A DNA stretch of 64,000 bases from Dictyostelium discoideum (GCA_000004695.1 CM000153.2:4448001-4512000); one strand, 5' to 3'. Counted from the first letter of the stretch, positions 28,632-45,332 are shown. Translations and numbers: made by a program. The notes: generated by a model from the letters alone, not told the origin.

Positions 28632-28918
28632 GTGATGATATTTAATATTAGAAAGTACTTATTCAAAACAACTAATTCAATAATCCATATATATAGTATC
28701 AATAAAAAAACAAATGAAACAATAGCAATAAAAACAATTGATCTTGAAGATGCAGAGGATGAAATTGAAGATATTCAACAAGAAATCAATGTACTCTCTC
28801 AATGTGAAAGTCCATTTGTAACAAAATATTTTGGTTCATTTTTAAAAGGTTCAAAATTATGGATTATTATGGAATATCTTGCAGGTGGTTCAGTTTTAGA
28901 TTTGGTAAATATCATTTT

Positions 28919-28954
<36 letters not shown>

Positions 28955-29256
28955 TAATAACTAAACTCAATATTAATATTTTTTTTTTTTTTTTTTTTTT
29001 TTTATATATAAAAAAAGATGAAACCAGGTCCATTCGACGAAGGATATATTGCAATTATTTTAAGAGAGTTATTAAAAGGTTTGGAATATTTACATTCAGA
29101 AGGTAAAATTCACAGAGATATTAAAGCTGCAAATGTTTTACTTTCAGCAAGCGGTGATGTTAAATTAGCTGATTTTGGTGTTAGTGGTCAATTAACTGAT
29201 CAAATGACAAAGAGAAATACATTTGTTGGTACCCCATTTTGGATGGCACCTGTAAG

Positions 29257-29316
<60 letters not shown>

Positions 29317-30255
29317 TACAATATTATTATTATTTATAATTTATAGGAAGTTATTAAACAAACTGGATATGATTCAAAAGCTGATATTTGGAGTATGGGT
29401 ATTACAGCATTAGAGATGGCAAAAGGAGAACCACCAAGAGCCGATTTACATCCAATGAGAGCATTATTTTTAATTCCAAAAGATCCACCACCAACACTCG
29501 AAGGTAATTTCTCAAAAGGGTTCAAAGAATTTTGTGCACTTTGTTTGAATAAAGATCCAAATCAAAGACCAACAGCAAAAGATTTATTAAAACATAAATT
29601 TATAAAGGCAGCAAAGAAGACTAGCAGCTTAACTGATCTCATCGAAAGAAGACAAAAATGGTTACAATTGAATGGAAATAATGCTGATGATGAAAATGAT
29701 GATTTAGATAGAGATGCCAAATCAAATGAAGAAGATTTTGGCTGGGAATTCCCAACAATTAAACAAAAATCACCAGTTGCTGTTCAAGAACAACAACAAA
29801 CCCCACAAAAACCAACTGTAGTATCAACTCCAATTAAAGAACAACAACAACAACAACAACCAACACCTGTAACAACACCACAACAACCTGTAACAACAAC
29901 CACCACAACACCAACTACTGAAACCAAAGTAAGATCATTATCAAATAGTTCACAAACCACACCAGTTAAAACTACTGTTGCTGCAACCACTGCACCTGCA
30001 ACTACACCAGCTTCAAATGCACCAACTTCAACAACACCAAATGGTGCCGCTGTCACTCAACAACAAGCACCAAGAGCCTCTGCTCTTACCTCTGTCATTT
30101 ATCCAGTTTTATCGAAATTACTTAAAAATACATCTGATGAAAATGTTATCAATGCTTTGGCTCAACTTAAAATGGCATTTGATAATGCTGAAAAAGCAAA
30201 GCCTGGTATCACTCACAGTTTAATCGCACAAATCATTGAAACCCTTAAAAGATAA
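28218..30255 (+). CDS. svkA: STE20-family (GCK-III/MST3-4-YSK1-like) Ser/Thr protein kinase, 478 aa, consistent with severin kinase. Exons 28218..28303, 28696..28903, 29018..29251, 29347..30255.
   Basis: [29 protein letters not shown]|[69 protein letters not shown]|[78 protein letters not shown]|[30 protein letters not shown]… The GxGxxG, VAIK, HRDIK, DFG and APE motifs are all present. The C-terminus has a Thr/Pro/Gln-rich linker and a helical tail. Intron 1 holds a pure (GAT)n tract and intron 3 an (ATT)n tract. Confidence 0.85.
28480..28640. repeat. Pure (GAT)n trinucleotide tract of about 45 units inside svkA intron 1.
   Basis: gatgatgatgat… from ~28500 to 28635, flanked by degenerate (GAT/GAC/AAT) units. 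Confidence 0.9.
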
Positions 30256-30727
30256 AACTAAAAATAATTATATATCAAAAAAAAAAAAAAGAAAAAAAAA
30301 AAAAAAAAAAAAATCATTGTTTATCTCTTCCTTTCATATATGAAAATACTCAAAATAATATTAATAATTTTAATAATAATAATAAATAATAAATAAATAA
30401 ATAATAATAATAATAATAATAACAATAATAATAATAATAATAATAAAAAAAGAAAAAAAAAAAAAAGAAAAAAAAAAAAAAAAAGAAAAAAAAAGAAAAA
30501 AAAAAAAATCAATAAATAATAATATAGTAACAATAATAATAATAATAACAACAATAATTAAAACAGTAAGGTGGTTTTTTTTATTTGTTTTTCATTTTTT
30601 ATTTGTAAAAAAAAAAATATGGCACCAAACAGATAAATAATGGTTTTGGTTGATCAAAAACTATTCTTTGAACGAATTTTTTGAAAAAAAGATATTTTCC
30701 AATTTTTTTAATTTTTTTTCTGATCAC

Positions 30728-30758
<31 letters not shown>

Positions 30759-30818
30759 TGATTTTTTTAATTTTTTTTTTTTTTTATTTATTATTCTTGT
30801 TGATGTTGTATTATTAGT

Positions 30819-30852
<34 letters not shown>

Positions 30853-30855
<3 letters not shown>

Positions 30856-31988
30856 AATTCATTTGTAATTAGAAACGGCTTTGGTTTAGTTAGAACTTTC
30901 AATACTAGATTATTCACCACTTCAAGTATTTATTAATTTTATAAAAAAAAAAAAAAAAAAAAAAAAAATAAAAAAAATAAAAAAAGCTAATTCCTATTGC
31001 TTTTGTTTCTTTTTGTAAATAAATTCTTTTTTTTTTTTTTTTTTTTTAATGTTTAGCTCAAAATTTAGAGGGTGAATTAAAGACTATTTTAGGACAAGCA
31101 AAAGTATCAAAATTACAAGAAAAATTAAAGTTGGACCCAAGAAGTAAAATCACTTTCAATGATTTTAAAGGTATTGCTAAAGAAGTTGGAATTGAAGAAA
31201 AAGAAATTAACTCTGTTTCAAATGCACTCGCTCAATCTGGTTCAATCATCTACTTACCAAATAGTTTAAATGAAAATTTGAAGACTAGTGTATTCACAAA
31301 ACCAGCTCATATTTACCAATCATTAGAACAGTAAGTATAAAAAAGGAAACCTATTTTTATTTTTGTTTTCAATGTTTTATTTTTTAAAAGTTCTTGTTGA
31401 ATTATTATAATAGATACTAGATTTTATAAAATAAATATCTAATATTTTTTTATTTTTTTTTTTTTTTTAAAATTTTTTTTTTATTTATTATTTATTTAAA
31501 TAAAAAGTATTTTAGATATTGAAAATAAAGGTGTTGGTTTAAATAAATTAATTGAATCAAAGAAATCAGAAATTAATAGTTTAAGACAAAAAATTCAACC
31601 ATTAGAAGAAAAAAAACAAGTTATTGATAGAAAAGCACATAGAAGAGCAACTGCAATTATTTGGACAGGTTTAGGTTATTGCTTTGCTCAAGCTGCTATT
31701 TTAGCTAGATTAACATGGTGGGATTTATCATGGGATATCATTGAACCAGTATCTTACTTTTTAACATTTGGTAGTGTTTTAATTGGTTACACCTATTTTA
31801 CAATGACTAAAACTGAATTCACATATGAAGCCTTAAATCATAGATTATTTTCAAAGAGACAAGATAAACTCTTTAAAAGAAATAACTTCCCAAAGGAAGA
31901 TTATGAAAATTTAGTTCAAGCAATCGATAAAAAAGAAAAAGAATTAAAAGAATTAGAACTTGCCACTAAATATGATCATACTCATTAA
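30853..31988 (+). CDS. mcu: Mitochondrial calcium uniporter pore subunit (MCU), 275 aa. Exons 30853..30925, 31057..31330, 31508..31988.
   Basis: N-terminal mitochondrial presequence MNSFVIRNGFGLVRTFNTRLFTTS. A coiled-coil region, then two TM helices flanking …ILARLTWWDLSWDIIEPVSYFLTFGSVLIGYTYF… (MCU selectivity-filter loop, D-x-x-E = DIIE). A C-terminal coiled coil. Donors are GTATTT/GTAAGT and acceptors (T)nAG, with consistent phases. Confidence 0.88.
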
Positions 31989-32268
31989 TATTCATACATA
32001 TTCTCTTTTTTTTTTTTTAAAAAATAAAATAAAATAAGAAAGTAATGATAAAATAAAACAACAATAAATAAAAATTAATAAATAAAATAAAACCAGTTTT
32101 TTTTTTTTTTTTTTTTTATAATACTAATAATACAACATCAACAAGAATAATCTGATAAATAATATCAATATTATACTTTAAAGTTTATTGTGTTTGATTT
32201 AGAAAAAAAAAAAAAAAAAAAATAAATTTTAAATTGTAAAATTAGCAGAGTTTATTTGTAGTATTAAT

Positions 32269-34353
32269 TCAATTGTTAACAATGAATTCATTATAAGCTA
32301 TAATTTCAAAAGTTCTTGGACCTTGTGGTAAATAAGGGAATGTAATATTGAACCCTTTTGGAATTGGACCAGTTGCAGTTAAACTCTTTTTGATTTGAAA
32401 TTGTTCATTAATAGTTATAATTGATTTTGCCCAATTCTTTGGATTGTCTAATGTGAATGATGATGTAAAGAAACCAAGATTGTTACCATTTAAAAACAAT
32501 GATTTGGTAACATTGTCATAGGATAAATTAAATTCAAGGTTTGTACAATTTTGTAAATTATTAATATCTAAATTTGTAAATTTATTTCCACTAAAGATAG
32601 CACTAGTCGATGGTTGCAAATAATTACAAACAACACATGATGGTGCTTGACCACCAATTAAATTATTACTAATGTCAAAATCAATTGAACACCAAGTTTC
32701 ATCGATTTGTCCAGTTAATAAATTATCACTAAGATATAAAGAAATATCTTTTGAAAATAAATTTGATGGGAAACTTGTTGGAATAATACCACCCATTTTG
32801 TTATTTCTTAAATAAAGGATACTTAGTTTTTTATTGAATAAATTGAAATTTATTTCATTAAAGTTACCATTTTCAAACTTGCTATAATTGGGTTTTTTTT
32901 TTTTTTGATATAAAAAAAAAAAGATATTAAAAAATGTCCACTGAAATTGAATTTTTAAAGGTTAAATACTTACAAAAAGGTTAATGTTGATGGTAAAGCA
33001 GAGAATGGGAATTCACCATTTACATTGAAAATATTTCCTGCATTTGGAATATATCTTTTTTTTTTTTTTTTTCCAAAAGTTATTAATTAGTAAAAAATTA
33101 TCTGGATCGAAAGTAATGATCGAGGACTACTTACATAGAAACATCTAAACTTTCATTATAGTTGGATAAATCAATAAGGCCAAGTGGAGTGTCAATTTGG
33201 TAATTAATAGCACTATTTTTATAATTAAATTAAATTAGAATAAAGATAAGTATCAATATTATAATTTTTTAAAAAACTTACAAGCCAGTGTTTTTATTAG
33301 TACTAATTGGAATTGAAGCCAATGCCACTGGGAATGGGTAAACAACAGAATTTGATGATGTTAAAGAGAATGAAGTTACATTTGCATATGTTGAAAAAGC
33401 AGAGAATGAGTTTGAATCTGTGCCCGGTAAAAGGGTAAGTTGTCTATTGTTTTTATTATAAATAATTAGTAAATATTAATTATTGTATTGTATAAAAAAA
33501 CAAAAAAAAAAAAGAAAAACATACAATAATTCCATTAGAATATTATTCATTGATGGGATGAAATGGGTGTATGCAAAGAAGTATTCAAATGATGTCGACG
33601 TTTCAAGTAAATCATTGATATAATTGATTTTATATTTTGGATTTAAAGTTTGGGTGATGAGAGAAAACTTTTTAACATTTAAAAGACTTGAGAAATAAAT
33701 GTTTAATGGGCCAGAAAGATAAACCTTTGTACTTAAAACTGGAATTGTAATTGATTTCCCAACACCAATATCAACATCAAATATCGAAGAATTACCATTA
33801 ATTAAAGAAATCGATTTTAATGATTGAGGGAATAATCCAATTAAAAAGTTTTTAGAAACTTTGAATCCATCGATATTTCTAAAGAGAGATTTTAAATATT
33901 AATTTTGTTAGTATATATATATATATATATATAATTTTTTTTATTCTAATTTTAATATCTTACAATGTATTAATTGATGAAAAGCATTGAAAATCAGATG
34001 GTGAAATTAAATTTTTATTTGTTTGGGTCGCTCTAATATTTACAACATTTTGTGCATCACAATTAACCAAAGCATTCATAGGAGTTAATGGTGAATTACA
34101 AAAGTCGTAAAGAAGAGTGTTTGAATTATAATAAAATTCCTGGTTGACATTAGAAATTTTATTAAAGAAATTGAAAGTACATTGATCTGTAAAATTTAAA
34201 TTTAAGAATAAAAATTAGATAAAAAAAAAAAAAAAAAAAATTAAAATAAAATAAAATTAAATACTTACATTCTGATGAAGAAAGGGAAAATACATCCCCA
34301 ATAAAAAATAACAGAACTGACAAAACAATAGAGAAAAGTTTGACTAAATTCAT
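32269..34353 (-). CDS. Family member B of the LRR receptor-like family: an intact 531-codon ORF encoding signal peptide plus LRRs only (no EGF/TM part). Exons on the minus strand: 34269..34353, 33964..34186, 33525..33878, 33282..33443, 33135..33212, 32974..33054, 32269..32881.
   Basis: MNLVKLFSIVLSVLLFFIGDVFSLSSSE|YQCTFNFFNKISNVNQ…QCFSSINTL|LNIDGFKVSKNFLIGLFPQSLKSISLINGNSSIFDV…|LQLTLLPGTDSNSF…|FAINYQIDTPLGLIDLSNYNESLDVSM|IYIPNAGNIFNVNGEFPFSALPSTLTFL|FKFENGNFNEINF…LTGQIDETWCSIDFDISNNLIGGQAPSCVVCNY…GPIPKGFNITFPYLPQGPRTFEIIAYNEFIVNN*. Exon sizes and phases (85/223/354/162/78/81) parallel the full-length paralogs. The ORF stops exactly where the paralogs continue …ITAYNEFIPQIDSVIRY…. Confidence 0.65.
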
Positions 34354-34556
34354 TTTTTTTTTTTTTTTTTTTTTTTTACTCAATAAATGAAATAAAAAAC
34401 TTTAAGAACAAAAAACAGAAAAAAAAAATTTTCAAAAAAAATAGAAAAAAAAAAAAAAAAAAAAAATACCCTTTATTTCGGAATAAAAAAAAAAAATTCA
34501 AGAAAAAATTTTAAAGAGACGAACCATCTAATCTCTCAAAAGGAATGAAAACATTT

Positions 34557-37205
34557 TTATTGATGTGATTTCTTTTGAAATACTTTAAAATTAAATACGA
34601 AAATAAGCATTAATATTATAATTGGGATTATTATTACTAAAATTATGGAGAAATGGTTTGTTACTGCTACTAAATTGATAGATATCACTCCCACCATTTT
34701 TACTTGAATCACTATTATTACTTTCATTACTACTATCACTACTATTATTACTATTACTATTACTATTACTATCTATTACTATTACTATTGCTATTACTAC
34801 TACTATTACTACTATTACTACTATTACTACAAATTTTATTTTGATTATACAAAGGATAATAATTACCCTCCATTTATGATTGTTTTGGATTACTAACAAT
34901 ATAGTGTTATTATTATTAATTGTACATATTATATCTGATGGTGGATAGCATTTAATTTCAAGTTGAGTATTTGAAATGATATCGCATGGTTTATTATTGA
35001 TGGTTACTGATAAATCTATAAATATTACCGAACCAACCATTTAATATTATAGAATACCAAGTTCAGTTTGTTGTAGTTGTTGTGAATTAACTTGATGATT
35101 TGGTGTTAAACACATTGAATCAATCCATTGATTTGTACAATTACACTGACCATTGATTTGATTACAAATACCTTGATTACATCCTAATCCATTATTACAT
35201 TCACATACACCATTTATATAATTACAGAAACTACCATTTTCATCATTACAATCTGATGAACATTTCAATGATCTTAATTCACATTGATAACCTCTCCATT
35301 CATTTGAAAAACAATCACAAACACCCTTCACATAACTATATTCACCACTATTTTTAGCACAATTTGGAATTGGACAATTACTACCATTACAAATTTGATT
35401 CAATTTGAAATTAAAACTATTCGATACATTCATAACTTGAACTAAACAATTAATTTCTTTATTATTATTTACAATACCACCACTATTACTACCTACTTGT
35501 ATCACTGTTACCTTATTATTGATGATTTTATTTGAATTATAAAGATAACATTGAATTTGATTGAAATTACTTGATAATACTAAACAAGGTTCGTTTGAGA
35601 TTAAAACATTGATAACCGTATTATTATATGCAAAGTTTTTACCATTGATAATGAAATAATCTGAATATCTAATAACTGAATCAATTTGTGGTATGAATTC
35701 ATTATAAGCTGTAATTTCAAAAGTTCTTGGACCTTGAGGTAAATATGGAAATGTAATATTGAATCCTTTTGGCATTGGTTGAGTTGAAAAGATATTATTT
35801 TTCAATTGGAATGCTCTATTTGGTGTTATAATAGCAGTTGCAAAATTTTTATCAAACAATGCATGATTGGCGATTTACCACTTATTAAATTATTTCTAAT
35901 GTTACTAACATCAAAATTAACTTCACACCACTATCATCCATTTCTCCAGTAATTTCATTATTATATAAATAATATTCACTATGGGAAATTTAACTTGGTA
36001 ATGGAGTTTTAATACTATTGTTTTGAAATTTTATATATTTAATATTTGTCAATTTTTCATTAATATTTTTAAATTTACCTAAATTTCCATTCTTAAATTC
36101 ACTCTATAAAAAAGATTTAATCATTAATAACTTTTAAATGATTTTAATACTTTTACAATTGGTTGAATATATTTACAGTAAAAACAAATTTTTTGGTAAT
36201 CCAGAAAATGGAAAATCACCATCAATATTGAATAATTTACCTGAACTATTAAATTAATAGAAAAAAAGTTATAAAAGGAGTTAATAAATATCTTGTTTCA
36301 TTTGGGGTAGGATCTCATTCAATACTTTAAATAACCTTTTAATTTAACCAAAACTTACATTGATACCTCATTTTCATAATTATTTGATAAATTAATAAAG
36401 GTAGGAGGCGTATCTATTTGATAAGTAATTGTACTTAATATATTGTTTTTTTTTTAAAAAAAGTTAAAATAATTGTAATAATAATAAAAAATAATGGAGA
36501 AAATAAATAAAAAATATTTACAGACCAGTATTTTTATTTCAGCTGGTATTTCACTTAAAGCAATAGGGAAGGGATATATTTGAGTTTTGTCTGAAGGTGT
36601 TATTGAAAATGCAATTACATTTGAAAATTTTGAAAAAATTGAAAATGAATATATATCAGCTCCACCTAAAAGTGTGAGTTGACTTTTTTTTATTAAAAAA
36701 TGTTTTTTTTTTAAATAATTATTAATATTTATAACATTGGGTAAAAAAAAAAAAAAAAAAAAAAATATATATATAAAAAATAATAAAAAAAAAAAAAATT
36801 TGTAAATACAAACAAAATAGATAAATTAATGTTTTTCACTGATGGTATATTATGAGAATATATGTTATAAATATTGAAAATGGCAGTCGTGGTATCATTC
36901 AAGTCATTTATAAAATTTATTTTATATTTTGGTTTTTGAGTTTGGTTTTTCAACTGAAATTTTTGAACATTTAAAAAACTTGAGAAATATATATTTAGTG
37001 GTCCAGAAAGGTACAATAATAAACTTAATGATTCTACTTGTATAATTTTATTGAACCCAATTTCCACATCAAATAATGATGAATTACCAATAAATAATGA
37101 CATACATGTTAAAGTATTTGGAAATTTTCCTATTAAAAAATTATTTTCAACTTTAAATAAATCTATATTACTGATTTATATTATTTACATATTAGATTTA
37201 TGTAT

Positions 37206-37241
<36 letters not shown>

Positions 37242-38110
37242 TTTTTTTTTTTTTTCAAAAACACTTACATAGAATTTAATGATGAAAAACATTGAAAATC
37301 AATTGGAGATGAACCATTCTAATACCTTCAACAGCTGTTGAACATTATCACAATAATTTATATAAATGATTTATTAGTTAAATAAAATTAGTTAAAAATA
37401 CTCGCCTAAATTATTGCTCATGTTTTATCAGAATCTTGTAATAGAAAAATAAAATAAAATTAAATAAATAAATATATATAAATAAAAATAAAGTAATAAG
37501 TTGATGTTATCGACAATATCTAAAATTTATTATACATGTTTTTTTATTATTGAAAATTTTTACTTATTATATTTGAGATTTAAAATTATGTTTATGAGTT
37601 TTTCAATCGACATTAAAAACTCACCACGTGACTTTTTCCCACCTAGGTGAGAAAAGTCTAATTATATAAACATAAATTATTTTAGTTTGTGAGCGAGATT
37701 GTATCTAATTTAAAATCTTGATAAAACATAATTTTATTGTAACAATTTAATTATTACATAATTATATTACAACAAACAGCTCCCTTGTTATTACATATGA
37801 AATGGTTATATGGATCAAGTGCTACAGCACTACAAAAACTATATCCATTGAATGTTGTATCCAATGGGTGCTCTTTAGAAGCCTGATTAATTTTATTAAA
37901 TAAATGTAATGTACAATTATCTTTTTACAAATGAAAAGGATTGTTGAGATTATTAATTTTCTACTCAAAAAAAAAAAAAAAAAAAAAAAAATTAATTACA
38001 AACTTACACTCTGATTCAATGAGTTGATTTTGTGAATTAACTAAATTTTTATTTTGACATATTATAAATAAAAGTAAAAGAATAATACTATTTAAAACTC
38101 CCATGTTCAT
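34557..38110 (-). pseudogene. Decayed paralog of the LRR/EGF/TM family (closest to the copy at 39639..43127). Its 3' exon is frameshifted and its LRR exons are degenerate.
   Basis: An exon-1-like start MNMGVLNSIILLLLFIICQNKNLVNSQNQLIESE|GTAAGT lies at 38110..38026. The 3'-exon homologue 35047..35859 matches 40200..41010 nearly base-for-base, but a 1-bp deletion at ~35040-35047 (…gaacttggtattctaTAAtattaaatgg… versus …ctattaatattaaatgg…) creates a stop (QTELGIL*). The LRR portion around 35860-35960 reads …EMDDSGVKLILMLVTLEII** with multiple frameshifts relative to …EMDDSWCSITFDISNNLIGG…. Confidence 0.75.
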
Positions 38111-38595
38111 TATAAAAAAAAAAAAAAATAAATAAATAAAAATAAAAAAAAAAATAAAAAAAATAATAACAATAAATAGATTTTTTACAAAACCATAAAA
38201 AAACCAAAAATAAAAAAAAAAAAAAAAAAAACCAGATCGATAGTTTTGATATTTTTACAATTTTTTTAAATTAATGTGGCAAATAAAAATTTTATTTTAT
38301 TTTATTTTATTTTGTTTTTTTTTTAAAAAATGTTAATATTCTTTTTTTTTTTTTTTTTGGGTGAACCCCTAAATTATTGTTGGCAGATATTTAGTATTTT
38401 ATTATAATTTTTTTTTTTTTTTTTTTTTAAATCCCTATCATTTAGATTTAAAACACACATTTTATTTTAAAATTTACTTTTTATAAATAAAATTTTTTTT
38501 TTATTATTTTTCATTATTATTATTATTATTATTATTATAATTATTATTATCTTATTATTATTATTATTTATTATTATTATTACAATTTCAATGCA

Positions 38596-39559
38596 TTAAA
38601 TGATATAATGAAAATAATTATTGATATCCATTGTTGATTCATAGTATTTTTCATTTTCTTTCCATTCCAATACATTAAATGATTTCAATTCTCGAAGTTG
38701 TTGTTGAGAAATTGATGGCTGATTAATTTTTTTAATTTTAAAATTATTGCCTAATCCCAATAACATTAAGTCCGATTTACTAACTCTACCAATTGTTATT
38801 TTTTCATTTGCAATTGACATCAAAGAAATATTGGATAAACTTACAAACGGTAATTTTTTTTTTATTATTAAAATTTAAAAATCATATTAATTTAAAATTA
38901 ATACAATTAAGTAATACAAGTAGATTTATATGCACTTGAAAATAATTTTAATTGTAGATTGGATACACTTGAAAATAATTTTATTAATATTAAAAAAGGT
39001 ATTATTTTACAATTATTATAAATATTTGTTTTTTACTTTATTTATTTATATATAATTTATTTACTGGATTTATTTTACTATCTATTCATTTATAGCAATT
39101 GCAAATGAAAAAATAACAATTAGTAGAGTTAGTAAATCGGACTTAATGTTATTGGGATTAGGCAATAATTTTAAAATTAAAAAAATTAATCAGCCATCAA
39201 TTTCTCAACAACAACTTCAAGAATAAAAATCATTTTATGTATTCGAATGTAAAGAAAATGAAAAATACTATAAATCCACAATGGATATCAATAATTATTT
39301 TCATTATATCATTGATCAAGAAATTGAAAATATTGAAAATATATACTTGTCTAATATTTCAAATCAACATACATATATTATGTTGAAAATCTTTCAAATA
39401 TCGAATTTGATAAAGTTTATCTTGGTTTTGAAGTTAAATCAACATAGCCGAATTAATTGCAATTACAAGAAAATCAAACGGTTGCACCCAATTCTCCAGG
39501 TTTCAACAAATTTTATTGATAATTATATATTTTCATTTGGGATAATGAAGGTAATGTAA
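38596..39559. repeat. Large inverted repeat. The left arm 38596-38830 and right arm 39102-39330 are about 93% identical in opposite orientation, separated by a ~270-bp AT-rich spacer. The right arm extends to ~39559.
   Basis: The left arm (minus strand) encodes MMSIANEKITIGRVSKSDLMLLGLGNNFKIKKINQPSISQQQLRELKSFNVLEWKENEKYYESTMDINNYFHYII*. The right arm (plus strand) encodes …IANEKITISRVSKSDLMLLGLGNNFKIKKINQPSISQQQLQE* …STMDINNYFHYIIDQEIENIENIYLSNISNQ…. These are two differently degenerated copies of the same coding fragment. Confidence 0.8.
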
Positions 39560-39638
39560 ATTGGGGTTTAAATTAAAAAAAAAAAAAAAGTTAAAAATAA
39601 AAACGTTTAAAACAAAATAATAGAGATGTGTATTATTT

Positions 39639-43127
<3,489 letters not shown>

Positions 43128-43400
43128 TCCAAAAAAAAAAATATGTAAAAAAAAAATATGCAAAAAAAAAAAAAATATGCAAAAAAAAAAAGAAGATCGA
43201 GAAAATAAAAAACCCCCAAAAAAACCGATAAAAAAATAAAAATATGCAAAAAAAAAAAAAAAAAAATAAAAAAATGAAGATCAAGGCAATGAAAAAGCGA
43301 CAAAAAAAAAAAACGATAAAAAAAAAAAACTACAAAAACATTTAGCATCTATAAGTCATTTAAAAAAAAAAAAAAAAAAAAAACTTCATTTAAGATTTTA

Positions 43401-45332
43401 TTAAAATTTAATATCTGTTTCTTCCAACTCTGTGAAATTTTTTTTATCTTTAAATATTTTTCTAGTTATTACTTTGCATTGATTACTTTTAATAACCAAA
43501 ACTAAAAGGATTATTAAAATTACAGATGGAATTAAAATTGATATTATAACTAAAATATTTTTTCTGGAAAATTTTGGATTTTGAGCATCCTCCTTATTTT
43601 CACCATTAATATCATTGCCACTACTATTACTACTATTACTACTACTACTACTACTACCATTATTAATACACACGCTAATACCATCTAAAGGTGTTGGGTT
43701 ATAAAATCCACTCCAATGAACATTGTTTTGAACAACTGATAATTCCAGATTATTATTATTATATTGGTAACAATAGATGTCTGATGGATAACATTCGACC
43801 ATATAGTCAGAATCTGCAACAATGTCACATTCTATTTGATTTACTTTAATAGTTAGATCATTTCGAAAAATTTCACTACCAAACCAACCATTTAATATTA
43901 ATAGATTACCAAGAGCACCTCGTTTAATTTCTTGTGAGGTAACCATAGTATTAGGTATATTACAATTTGAAGCAGTCCATTGAATAGTACAATTACATTG
44001 ACCAAATAAATAATCACAAATTCCACCATTACTACAACCTAATCCTTCATTACATAGTCTACCACTACAATCATCGAATATTCTATTTTCATTACATTCG
44101 CATTTACCATTAATATTATTACAAATACCACCACCATCATTATTACTACAATCTGATGAGCATTTCAATGGTTTTTGTTCACATTGATAACCTCTCCATT
44201 TATTGGAAAAACAATCACAGACTCCACTCTCTTTATTATATACACCTCCATTTTTTATATTACATACCGGAATTGGACAATTAATACCATTACAAATTTG
44301 ATTCAATTTGAAATTAAAACTATTCGATACATTCATAACTTGAACTAAACAATTAATTTCAATACTACTACTACTACTGCTGCTATCACTGTTACTATTA
44401 TTATTGATGATTTTATTTGAATTATAAAGATAACATTGAATTTGATTGAAATTACTTGATAATACTAAACAAAGTTCGTTTGAGATTAAAACATTGATAA
44501 CCGTATTATTATATGCAAAGTATTTACCATTGATAATGAAATAATCTGAATATCTAATAACTGAATCAATTTGTGGTATGAATTCATTATAAGCTGTAAT
44601 TTCAAAAGTTCTTGAACCTTGTGGTAAATATGGAAATGTAATATTGAATCCTTTTGGCATTGGACCAGTTACTCTATTATTCTTTGTAATTTCAAATAAT
44701 GTATTTTCAATTTTAATATTTTCTGCCCAAATATTTGGATTATCTAATTTGAATGATATACCAAAACCAAGATCTCTACCATATAGCATCAATGATTTAG
44801 TTTGATTATCATATGATAGATTTAGTTCAATAGTAGTACAATCTTCTAAATGGTTAATATCTAAATTTGTGAATCTATTACCATTAACAATTGCACTAGT
44901 AATTGGATTAAGGTAATGACAAACTACACATGATGGTGCTTTACCACCAATTAAATTATTACTAATATCGAAAGTTATTGAACACCAACTATCATCCATT
45001 TCACCTGTTAATTTATTATCATTTAAATATAACTCAAGTAAAACATCCATTGATTTAATAAAAGATGATGTTGGTAATTTACTGGTTAAACCATTAAATG
45101 ATAAATCTATTATATTTGTTTTCTCTTTGAAAATATTAAAATTGATTACACTTATATTTCCATTTTTCAATTGACTTTTGAAAAAAAAAAAATTAGTATA
45201 CTATTATTATATTTATCTTGTGTTTTAATTATTATTATTTTAAAATAGTTACAATGTATTTAAATTTGGTGGTAACACTGAAAATGGAAAGTTACCATTA
45301 ATATTGAATAAATTACCTGCCTTTGCAATATA

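Noticed and set aside
28388-28964. ORFs reading poly-Ile or poly-Met through the svkA intron 1 (GAT)n tract
   Set aside because: They are translations of a trinucleotide microsatellite that sits inside an intron with clear GT..AG boundaries.
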